The position numbers and the translations under genes were made by a program. DNA of 63,176 nt, counting the filler, from Conidiobolus incongruus B7586 (Eukaryota), in the NCBI GenBank assembly GCA_000697335.1. It is 6 parts of 6 records of this genome, joined end to end, with 100 filler letters (N's around TTAATTAATTAA, not from the genome) between each part and the next. Parts side by side here need not be neighbours in the genome. Positions count along the whole stretch, not along the records: positions 51,488 to 59,072 come from JNEM01006292.1; positions 59,173 to 63,176 come from JNEM01006296.1; 4 more parts are not named here. The stretch is one strand, 5' to 3'. The notes under the pieces were generated by a model that saw nothing but the letters and a program-made list of their open reading frames with translations, was not told the DNA's origin and did not search any database. Of this stretch, positions 51,789 through 63,176 are shown piece by piece (within the stretch, counting starts at the first letter, position 1; each line of letters begins with the position of its first letter).

Positions 51789-54700
51789 TGTAATTAAATA
51801 ATAATAGTTAAAGGTAGAAGAAATAAGTTTTTTAATATTTTAGGAAATATATAATAATTAGATCTTTTAATATTAAAGTGTTAATTAATAATAATAAGAG
51901 ATATATTAATAGTTAAGCAAAAGGTTTATTTGTGTAAAAAGTAATATAAGTTAAAGTTTTAACTAAAGAAAAAAATCTAAGTTTTTTTTATAGTTAAGTA
52001 GAATATATACACATAAGTATATAAGGTTAAATAATAGTAAAGTTACTTAAATATAAAGATTTATAAAATGTTAATAAGATTTAATTTAGATAATTAAGTT
52101 TTTAGTAATAAATTAAAGTAAAGAAAAGTATTAATTAAGTAGTAATTGTTATAATACTTATATCCCCTCTAAACTATATTAAACTATTAATATAGTTTTA
52201 CTCCCTTTAATTTTTTTAATATAAGATAAATAAGTATAAGTGTTTTTAATTATTTCAAGTGGTTTTTAAGTTAATTTAAAATTAGGATAACTTAACCATT
52301 TTATAAAATAATAAGGTTTTCTATATTTTGTTTTATGTGTAAAAATTTTATTAACATAATATTCTTTATCCCTTTGATTATTAATAATAGGTAATAAAGG
52401 TGCTTTGAAATTTTAATTAAGAAATTTATTTTTAGGATAATAATATAGTTTTAATAATAAGGTATAAAAGACTAGATAATATTTATAAGATTTTAATAAC
52501 TTTAATTTAAAATTTCTAAGTTTAAAGCTTGCTTTAAAGATATAGAATAGCTTAATCTAATGTGGTAAAAGCTTTTAATTTGTGTTGTTTCTAGATATTT
52601 ACTTGGTGAAAAATATATCTATTATATTTATAAGGACTAGAAACTTAGATTTATATTTAGGTAAAGTTTTGTAGAATTTTAAATAATAATTTTCATTGTA
52701 TATTTATTTTAATTTAGTTGATTTTGAAACTATTTGGTAAATTAATTCAAATCTTTCTAATTTATCTATAATAAACTTATTGGTGATAACATCTAAGTTA
52801 GGGTTAATTAATAAGTTAGGATATTATTTATAATTTATAAAATAAAGAGTTAAACTACTAGATTAATTAACTAAGTTATTATAGGTAAACTATAAATAAA
52901 GTAAGAGAGATTCCCAATTATTTTAATTAAAGTTAATATAATTTCTAACTATTTTTTTTAAAGTTTTAATAATTTTTTCAATTAGTTTATTTAATTAATA
53001 ATAGCAAATAGTATTGAGTTTTATATTAATATTTATATATTATATAAATCTTTCTAGAATTTTAAAGTAAATTGAAAATCTTTATTAATAATAATAATAA
53101 TATGTAATTTATATAATAATATTACCTTTTTAATTAATAAATTAATTACTTTAAATATTGTAATTATTTTATAAGTAGGAATAAAATAAACAAATCTGCT
53201 GTATAAATTAATAACTACTAAAATATTATCATAACTTTTTTTTAACTTAGGTATTTCTATAAAATCAAGTTATATTTAAGCTTAAGGTTTAAATAATAAA
53301 GGTAAAGAATTTAATTCACTAACTGTTTTTTTATATTATACTTATTTCTTTAACAGCTATTATAAGATTTATAGTAGTTTTTTACCAATTTTAATTAATT
53401 TTAGTATATAATATTTTATTTAAATTTTATTGATAAATTGAATCTAGCTTTAATATCCACTTAACTTATAATTATAGTATTGTTTTAAAATCTTTAATTA
53501 AAGGTTAAAGATTTATAAAATATATAATTTATTATGTTTATATAACAAACCATTTAATATTTAGAATCTTTTATATTCAGAAATTTTTTTCTTATTATTC
53601 TTTTTTATTTTAACTTTAATTATTTAATAAAAGTTATTTCATTGTAGTTTCTCATTTAAAGTTTAATAAAAGTTTTTATTATTTAAGGTGATATTTGTTA
53701 AGCTAGTTTCAATTAGTTTTTTATATTTATTATATATTAGTGTATAGATTAGATTTCTACTTAACATATCTACAACTATATTTTATTTACTAAGAAAGTA
53801 TTTAATAAAGAATAAATACTCTTGGATAATTTTTATCTATCTAATTTATTTTTTAAATAAATATTTTTGTGAATTTAAGTAAATTAATGATTTATAATTA
53901 CTTAGATATAAAAACATTTAATAAAACAACCATAAACTAAATTATTTTATGATTTCTACTAATATAAACATTTCTTACTTATATATAAAATAATTTGATT
54001 TAGTAAACATTAATTTTCTAAATTAAAATATTAAAGGCTTTAGATTTAAATATTTAAAAACCTTTTAGTGCTTAGTTAACTTTTTTAAAGTTTAAGAGTA
54101 GTTATACTTTTTATAATCTTCAATATTTTTACTTTAAACTATTTAACCACTTATAGTATAGGTAGATATATTTATAAACACAATTACTAACAATTTAAGG
54201 TTAAATATAACAAATATTAAAGTTATAGTAATTTTATAAATTAGTATATAAAAAGAAAAAATTTTATTAAAGATTTAAGTAAATAGTTTATTATTCTTTA
54301 GTAAATTAGATATAAAACTAGTAAGCTTAATAAATATAGGAATATAATTTTTAAAATATATAACTAATTTTAGGAAAGCTATTACTTAATATTTATTGGT
54401 AAAGATTATAATGTTGTATAATCTTTAAAGTTTTGTTAAATTAATAAAAATTCCTTTAAAAAAGATAATATAAATATAAAATAAAATAGATGAAGCAACA
54501 AAAACACATTTAAATAGTTTTACTAGCAACTAATTTTAGTTGAGTATCTATAAGATAGTTTTTATATATAAAATATAATCATCTAAAGTTTTTGAATAAA
54601 CTAAAATATTGTTTAAGTAGCATACAATAAAATCATTGTAATACTTTCTAAATAAACTATTTATAAGTTTTATAAATATAGTAGATATGTTATAAAGTCT

Positions 54701-57378
54701 AAAATTTATAATTTTAAACTTATAATATTTTAATATATAATTAAAAATAATTAAAAAGATACTTTATTTGTTAACTAAAATATTATAATAGTTATTTAAG
54801 ATTTATTTTAGTAAAATAGTTTATATTTATAAATCTATCTCTAATTTCATTTAAATTAAATAAAAGAATTTTATCTTTAATTGTTTTACTATTAAAAACT
54901 CTATTATCCATGTAAAATCACCAACCTTTATTATATTATTTAATAAAAAAGATTGGTGAATCTTAAGGGTTTGAAAAAGTTATATAAAACCTAATTTTAA
55001 TAGATTATTTATTTCTTCACAAAAAACCTTATACTATTTAAAAGAAATATGATAAGGTGGTTTATAATAAAGTTAAGTGTTAGGTAACAATTTAATTTTA
55101 TAAGATATATTTTTTTTAGTGGTAAAGTGATTAAAACTTTAAAAACATTTCTGTATTTAATAATAACCTTGTACAGTAAATTTTTAATATCTAAGGTATT
55201 TTTTAAATCTTTTAAAGAAATAGAGATAGTGTTAAAGTTGATATAAATTATATTATATTGATTTTTTAACCTTTTAATTAAATTTACAAAGGATATTCTT
55301 GAAATTATTATATTATTGAAAAGGGTATTATTAGTACCTTTTTTTATAATAGAATTAGTTATTAGCTTATAACTTAAACTATTATAGCAAAACAAAAAAA
55401 TATACTCATTAGATAAACTTTTATTTATAATAATTAAATAGTACTTTTAAAACCAACTAAAATTTATAATAATATTATATTTTATAAAACCTATTATAAA
55501 TTAAATACTTTTAAAATAACCTATCACTAATAAAATATTATAATATAAAAATTCTTTGGTAATTTATTAGGTATTATTTATATAATTTAATACTATATTT
55601 ATTTAATTATAAGATAATTTAAATCTTTTAACAATATCTTCATTAATAAACACACTATTATATTTAAAATTAAGTAAGAAAAAAATAAAGTATTTGTTTG
55701 GAGTACCTTTGAAGATTTATAAGGAACATAACTTATTTTCATTAGAATTTAATAAATAAGAGTTTAAATAGATATTACTCTTCTTCTCTAATGAAATTTA
55801 AAATAATTTTTAGTTATTTGAATATAATTTTAAGAGTTTATTATAAAGAATTTTTAACAAAGATTTCTCTTTATTATTTTAACTACATTAGGTTAAATTT
55901 AAACTAGATTAATTATTAATCTGTTAATTACTTTTTTTTATTGTTCACTTAAATATTATTGTTTGAAACTATATCACTAGAGTTTTTACTATTAAATAGC
56001 TTCTTAAGATATTTATTCAAATAGTAATTTATATTAATTTATCTTCAATAGAAGTATTTTTTATTTTTTCTCAAATATGATTTTTTTTAGTTAAATGCTT
56101 TTTTTTCTATATTGTAGATATATTTATAGTATTAAGATTAGATAATTTAAATAAGGAACTATTAAAGCTTATGTAGAAACTTTTATTTATTCTTTTAATA
56201 TAATTCTAATTATCTTTTACCTTAATAACTATTTTAGTTAAAGTAGCAAAACTAGCTGTTTTTATATTAATCTTAAAGTAAACAACTATAAATATATTAC
56301 ACTTGAGTTTTCTCTTAAACTTATTTTTTTTCACCTTTAAACAAGTTAAGAATCTTTAATTTAAGCTAAGTAAATTTTTCTATGAAATTTTTAATTAAAG
56401 ATTTTTAAGTAATCTTTCTTAGTTTATTTTAAGTTAAAGGAATTATATTTAATAGGTAAAACCTCTACTTAATTACTTGTTTAAATTTTATTAGGATAAA
56501 AAAATCACTAATAAAATTAAATGTGTCTTCTAAATATTTATACCACTAAAGTTTAACATAAAAGGTTAATTTAGAAGCTGAAATTTTTATTAAATTATAT
56601 AGATCTAAAGTTTTAATTTCTTCAAGGAATTTGGTTAGTTTATTTAAAAATTTTTCTAGTTTTTTGGGAGATTTTAAGTTGTTATAAGTAATTAGGTTAT
56701 TTACAAAGAATTTAACTTTATTAAAGCTTTTTAAAATAGATAATAAAACTCTATAACTGTTTAATTCAATTATTATTTATTATATATAGTTAATTTGCTA
56801 GGTTTACCCTAATTTTAATTTACACTTAATAAAAGTACCTTTAGTGTTAATAAAATCTTATTAATTGATAAAATAATATTTGTTGTTATTAAAACTTTAA
56901 GTGTTTATTTTATTTTAGTTATATATAGAATAATAAGTTATAATTATAAAATCTTCAATTATAACAATAAAAGTACTTTTAAATTTTTTTAATCACTGTT
57001 ATTATATAAGTAAATAACTATAGTTAAAGATAGAAGAAGTAAGTTTTTCAATATTTTAAGAAATATATAATAATTAGATCTTTTAATATTAAAGTGTTAA
57101 TTAATAATAATAAGAGATATATTAATAGTTAAGCAAAAGGTTTATTTGTGTAAGAAGTAATATAAGTTAAAATCTTAGCTAAAGAGAAAAATCTGAGTTT
57201 TTCTTATAGTTAAGTAAAATATATACACATAAGTATATAAAGTTAAGTAACAATAAAGTTACTCAAACATAAGAATTTGTAAAATATTAATAAAACCTAA
57301 TTTAAATAATTAAGTCTTTAGTAATAGATTAGAGTGAGGAAAAGTATTAATTAAGTAACAATTGTTATAATACTTACA
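51789..57378 (-). mobile_element. Degenerate Ty3/Gypsy (chromovirus-like) LTR retrotransposon; LTRs ~56997-57378 and ~51789-52162
   Basis: Two ~380-bp direct repeats; polypurine tract agagggga at 52163-52170 (minus); RT relics SPIFFIK*..GW*FYMDNR (~54900-54960) and FKIINFRLYNISTIF...FIVCYLNNILV (YLDD>YLNN, ~54600-54720); chromodomain relic YYFIKWLSYPNFKLT*KP (~52261-52316). Confidence 0.85.
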
Positions 57379-59072
57379 AAACTAATTACTTTATTATAAT
57401 TAATATATTACCTTATTTTTTTAATATCTTAAAAAATAAATTAACCACTTATATTAATTTTTAAAACTTCTACAAGCTTGAAAATTATTTTAAAAATATA
57501 AAAAAAATTTTATTTTATTTTTAATAGAAATCTAAAGAATATCTTTAAATTAACTATTTTTTTTGGAAAAATTTACTTATATTTAGTAGTTAACTTATTA
57601 TAAACTTAATCTTAAAGAGTTTTTAAAGGGATAACCTATTATAAAAATACAAACCTTTAAACAATTAGAAAAAACCATTAAAAAAAGGATTACTTAAAAA
57701 ATTAAGTTTAACTAATAAAAAAAACTTTTTAACATAAACAAAAAACTTCTATAAAGTAATTGATTAAGAAATATAATAAGATATATTTAAATATATTAAA
57801 TATTACTAAAGAAAAATAAATCTACAAGTTATTATAATATCTTAACCTTTAAGTAAAACTCTAATTACTTAACAAGGAACATTTTAATAATATATTTTTT
57901 TCTAACATTTATAATATAGTAATTGTAATTGATAATATCTTTTACTTTATAACTAAATTTTTTTATCCCAAGAATTAATTTTTTAAAAACTTACTTTAAC
58001 TTAAATCTCAAATGATAAATATTTTTGTTTTAAAGCTTTATAAGAAAATTTTTAATAAAGAAGTTAAAGCTTACTTAAAAGTAAATAAAAATTGCTATTA
58101 TTATTAAAAGATATAAGTTAATTATAGAGTTAATAAGTATTTTCTTAAAAAGCAATATTTATCAAATTTTTAATAATCTTAATTTACCAACTATAAATTA
58201 AACTTAAATAATATTAATATCATCTTAAAATTACTTCTTTTATAATTAGTTAGCAGATTCTAATTTAATCTATAAAAGTTCTAATAAATTAATGATTTTA
58301 TAAATAAAATTATATATGCTAAAGAGATTTAATTAATTAAACTATTAAAAACTAAAAATATTCTAGTAACTAATTTATTTTATAATTCTTTACCTTTAAC
58401 TATCACTTTATTATTTGTTTTAACTATATATTTTATAAATATACTTGTTAATGTTTTAATTAACTTTAATTATTCTAATTATATTATTTTTCTTTTATTA
58501 TTATAAAACTATCTCTACTTATCTAAAAAAATAACTTAATAATTAAATATATTAATAATTTAATAAAACAAGCATTTAATATTATATTTAAATATTTATT
58601 ATTATTTTTTAACTACTCTCAATATATTAAATTCTTAGTTAATAACATTAGTTATAATTTTATATTAGGTTAAAATTAGTTTAAATACCATAATTTTTTA
58701 TTTATAAATATTACTCTAAAAGGTTACAAATCTATTTTATTTATATTTTAAAAGGAATTAATAGAATTAATCTAAAAAATTTATATTTCCCTATTATAAA
58801 ACTACTAAATACTTTATTTAATACTAACTTTATAATTGTGTTAAATAATTTTATTATTATAAGCAAAAACTAATATAAAAAACTAATTAAAAACTTTAAT
58901 AATTTATGAAGATATATATTTGTTTATTATTTATTTATTAATATTTTATTTATTAATTTTAATGAAGTTATAACTAATAATTTTTTGATATAATATAATA
59001 AGTTAATTTGTTAATATTTTTAAACTTGTAAGTAAATTATCTTTTAAATATAATATTAAATATAAAATTAAA
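57379..59072. repeat. Extremely AT-decayed repeat relic, possibly a DDE DNA transposon
   Basis: Same CpG-depleted, TA-rich texture as the neighbouring relics; weak IVIVIDNIFY motif near 57917. Confidence 0.3.
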
Positions 59073-59172
59073 NNNNNNNNNNNNNNNNNNNNNNNNNNNN
59101 NNNNNNNNNNNNNNNNTTAATTAATTAANNNNNNNNNNNNNNNNNNNNNNNNNNNNNNNNNNNNNNNNNNNN
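59073..59172. other. Artificial contig linker / assembly gap
   Basis: N44-TTAATTAATTAA-N44. Confidence 0.95.
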
Positions 59173-59475
59173 CTGAACTTCATCTACTTCAGCAATTTGG
59201 TCTGGAACGATTGAAACGACATTGGGTAATTGTTTTACCTTCTCAAGAGTCTTGACATCCAGAGTAGCAGATATACCATTTAACACAGCATCATATTTAT
59301 GGTGGATTTCATTGATGCTTGATCTATCGACAAATAAATCGGTAACGGAGGCAACATGACCTTCGAAATCAATACGACTGTTACGATCGAATGCTACAAT
59401 ATATTTATCTTTGATTGATATGGACTGACTTAGCTGTAAGAATAGTGAAATGAAATAAGATTGGAATAGTTCCAT
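59173..59475 (-). CDS. Subtilisin (S8) N-terminus: signal peptide + I9 propeptide; catalytic part lost in gap
   Basis: KYIVAF...IHHKYDAVLNGISATLD...VKQLPNVVSIVPDQ is typical of the I9 inhibitor propeptide. Confidence 0.8.
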
Positions 59476-61929
59476 TTTTATATATCTATCTATGTTTTTC
59501 CTACCTCAATTTTTTTCTTAATACTTTCATCTTTATATATCCAAATTTCTAATTAATAAAAAAACATAATAAATTTAATTTTCAACTAAATTTAAATTAT
59601 TAATAATTCTTAATAGAACAAATCTATTTTAATAGTTAATATTTAATCCAATTTGTTTTCTTAATATTAATAAATAATATAACTAATTTGCAAATTTTTG
59701 ATAAAAGTAAAATGTTGTATAATTGTGGTTACAACTCGCTAGTACATTATACTTACAATTTTTATTTTAATTGAAATAATATTAATTATAATGCATTAAT
59801 CATGAGAGATTAACTTTTTATAAAAATTTGTTTAAATTGAACAAAATTAAAATATTTAAGTCATATCAACTTCAAATGCGATTAGTTATTCTATGTAAAT
59901 AATGTTCAGATTTTTAATATCTTTGATTATTTTTAGATTCTCTATATTAATAGAATTTTAAAAATAGAAAATAATAGATATAATTGTATTAGAAATATTC
60001 AAAATTTGAAATATAATCAAATTATGTAGTGTGGAGCTAAACAGATTTACTCCTACTATTAATGCAAAATTTCAATATATACATTGATGAGAGATCGTCA
60101 TTATACACACTTGAAATGTAGTCAAACTACGCAATCTCTCAATATATCATTCGGTTAAGATTATCTGCAAAATTTTGCAATTTAAAAATTTAAAATCAAT
60201 CTTAGTGAATAAGTAAACTCAATTTTGAAACATGAAAGTATAATCAATTCAATAAACACTTTTTATTGTTTACATTCTTATTTTTGATAATAAATATTCC
60301 AATTAAAAAACAGTTTATTGATTATGGTGTTTTAATATATTGTTTGGATCACATATATTTATGTTAAACTTTGATATTTCAATTTCATGACTTATCTTAT
60401 TTCGACAAATGGTATACCTTTGATACTTAAATTAATAATAACAAATTTATATAAGAGTTTAATAGGTAACACATAGATTATTAAATTTATCTATCAAGTT
60501 TACTATACTATATATTCGTTTTTTAAGATATTTCAGAGTATTTTAATAATTTTAAATAATTATAAACAATTGATACTATTATTATTTTCTGATTTCATTT
60601 TTATGAACCAATATAATCAATATAATATCAATGATATAGTTGGCTAATATTTTATCAATTTTACAATTTAGTTTACATAAAGTAAAAGATATTATGCACG
60701 TAGTAATTGATTAAGCTAATATTTATACATTACATCAGGTATATATTAGATATATCTTGAAATATATTTTGTCTCATTCAGTTCTTTTCTATAAATTGTT
60801 TTCAAAATAAGAAATACCAAAAATTTGAGAAAAATTTAATTATTTCGCTCTTTTTACATTTTTTAAACTTTATATTAATTTAAAAAATTTCAATTGAAAT
60901 GATACTGATGTTCAGAAATTAAATACTAGCCTCTTTATTACAACAATGTTTGATAATTTAATAAGGTAATTATTATTTTAGAATTAATACTTGTGATTAA
61001 TGAACTGGGTTATTATATATATATATATATATGATACTTTTTTAATAATTGTATTAAGTTAAACCGTCATTTTTGTTTTCTGATGCTTAAAAATGAACCT
61101 AGTAATAGTATAATGAAATTAAGATAATACGTATAATCAAAATTTTAATAATTAGAATTGGATCAAATGTTAGAGGGGGGAATAAATTGGATTAATAATA
61201 CAATTCTCAAATTAAAATGCATTATATATAGTTCACTAAATTTCCAAATTTGTTAAAATTGATACATTTACTCAGAACAGTTATTAATTTTATAATATTC
61301 GATTTAAAAATATAAAAATCAAAATAATAATTTTATTCTATTATTCATAGGAGTTTAAAATAATACATATTATGTTGTATTATAATAAAACATAATGTTA
61401 AAATTCAAGTTGATCAAAATAATAACACTCAAAAAATTCAATAAAATCCAGATATCCAGCTTATAGATTGATATTTTAATTGAATATTACAAAAAATGAA
61501 GCAGGTTTCTATATCAAATAATTATAATTAGGTTGGATTCTATAATGGAATAGTGAATTATAAGAATTATATATATATATATATTTAAAGTTCATATTGG
61601 GAATATCAATTATCGGACTCATCAAATTCTTATAGTGATAATATTAGATTGAAAATAATTACCTTTTAAATATCAATTATAACTAGTACAGCTTCAGAGT
61701 TGTCAATAAGAAAAATTATTGATTCGTAATGTTGACCATGAAATTGATATTATATAATAGATTCCATTTAAATATGACATAGTGGAAATTGAAAATGAGA
61801 AAAGTTATTAGAACAAAAATATATAGAATATTATAAAAACAATTAATACCTAAAAATCATTCTTATTTTGAAAATTATGTAATTAACCTTATTTGTCCTA
61901 CCAAATCTTGAAGAAATGAAAAACCTTAA

Positions 61930-62011
61930 GATAAGATGGCCGAGTGGTTAAGGTATGTGCCTAGAAAGCAGATGGGATTTTCCGCGTAGGTTCCAATTCT
62001 TGTAGTTGTTG
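61930..62011 (+). pseudogene. tRNA-Ser(AGA) pseudogene
   Basis: A-box/D-arm tggccgagtggttaagg; anticodon loop ct-AGA-aa; long variable arm; damaged T-loop (gttccaattc) and mismatched acceptor and anticodon stems. Confidence 0.7.
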
Positions 62012-62504
62012 GGTTCGGATTTTTTCTAAAAAAATAGTAGAAATTAATGAACTGATTTTTTTCTGATTATTACTAATATAATATAGTTTTTATAATATTT
62101 GATCATTTCAATATTTCTATTCAATCATATTTATAATTCTTAACCACTAAGTTCATCAAAAGTTATTTATTAGACGTAAAATCATTATTATAAATTTTAA
62201 GTAATTAAGTAATTAAATATTTGAACAAAAATGAATTCAAATATTTTAAAGATTTAAAATGAAACTTATTTTTTTGACTGATATTCATTGCACAATATAT
62301 TAATACTATAATTATTTTACCATATATTTGCTGTAATATAGCTATTATTAAATTCAGATATAAAGGTCTTGATGGATGCTATCATTTATTGAGAACAGAT
62401 CATATAGATTAAAAGCCGATATTCTATAAATCTGACTATTTAATCAGGGATATTTGAAGACATGAATTTGATGAATCGAAAAAATTGTGAAATATCAATA
62501 CTGA

Positions 62505-63176
62505 TTATAGTCTATTATAGCCCAATACATTAGGAGTATCTTCTGAAAATCCAGTTATAGCTCCCTTAGTTCCTCTTTCAATTAAAGTTGAGAGAATATC
62601 CTCTGGAGCAATACCTTCGCTAAGTAAAGCAGCGGCCAACCCAGCAATATGAGGACATGACATTGATGTTCCATTTTTTGTCAGGGTACCTGTGGGCTTG
62701 TTAGCAGTGGAAACAACTCCAACACCAGGGGCCAGGATATCAATACATTTACCAAAGTTAGAGAACCCAGCTTTAACATCATTGATATTAGTTGCACCAA
62801 CTGCAATAACTCCTTTGGCAGTAGCAGGTGACTTTTTACAAGCATCATAGTTATTGTTCCCACCAGAGACAACTACTACAATACCTTTAGCAATAACTTC
62901 TTCAACAACCGTATTGAGAAGCTCGTTGATTGGTTCAAATGAGATACTCATACTGACTACATTTCCTTTAAGACCATTTGCATTCTTAGCAACCCAGTTG
63001 AACCCGGCAATTGCATCACTAGCTGAACCTTTACCCTGATCATTCAAAACCTTAACAGCAATCAAATTCACTTTCTTAGCAACTCCATAAGTTTTTGATC
63101 CAATAGTACCGGCACAATGTGTTCCATGACTATAGACATCAGTATCTGAATCAGAATGGACATTTGTTCCAAATTT
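62505..63176 (-). CDS. Proteinase K-like subtilisin (S8A), catalytic C-terminal part; 5' end outside window
   Basis: Frame is open to the window edge: HGTHCAGTIGSKTYGVAKK (catalytic His), SGGNNN (oxyanion Asn), GTSMSCPHIAG (catalytic Ser). Confidence 0.95.
   Translation of the reverse strand, partial: KFGTNVHSDSDTDVYSHGTHCAGTIGSKTYGVAKKVNLIAVKVLNDQGKGSASDAIAGFNWVAKNANGLKGNVVSMSISFEPINELLNTVVEEVIAKGIVVVVSGGNNNYDACKKSPATAKGVIAVGATNINDVKAGFSNFGKCIDILAPGVGVVSTANKPTGTLTKNGTSMSCPHIAGLAAALLSEGIAPEDILSTLIERGTKGAITGFSEDTPNVLGYNRL

Noticed and set aside
55009..55395. 128-aa I/K/N-rich ORF
   Set aside because: A chance open stretch inside the mutated Gypsy pol region, not an independent gene.
16416..59172. 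Five identical TTAATTAATTAA motifs embedded in N runs
   Set aside because: Artificial six-frame-stop scaffold linkers, not biological repeats.
62505..63176. Subtilisin as the dedicated processing protease for the precursor array
   Set aside because: Proteinase K-type sequence ending right after the catalytic domain (no kexin P-domain or TM segment), and three artificial joins away from the array.

Overview
AT-rich eukaryotic DNA with short GT-AG introns. The gene content points to a fungus, probably an early-diverging entomophthoralean/Conidiobolus-like species (inference). The window is six contigs joined by artificial 100-nt linkers (N44-TTAATTAATTAA-N44), so adjacency across those joins is unproven. 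Protein genes: two intronless secreted tyrosinases flanking a TPR (STI1/Hop-like) pseudogene; a 5-exon LARP1 whose 3' part is duplicated as a 3.6-kb spacerless palindrome; a Sho1-type 4-TM/SH3 gene; a homeobox gene; a Zn2Cys6 transcription factor; and two tandem subtilisins. Repeats: several DD34D mariner copies (one fragment forms the palindrome axis), a chromodomain Ty3/Gypsy relic and a tRNA-Ser pseudogene, all showing heavy C>T/G>A decay. The highlight is a tandem array of four small secreted precursor genes (35.7-41.5 kb). They carry 11 RR-preceded cores of consensus (Q/D)W(Y/F/H)..(N/H)x(Y)Y, e.g. QWYGNGYY, share a promoter motif and TATA spacing, and sit between two mariner copies. This is a candidate new Kex2-processed peptide (RiPP/pheromone-like) family.
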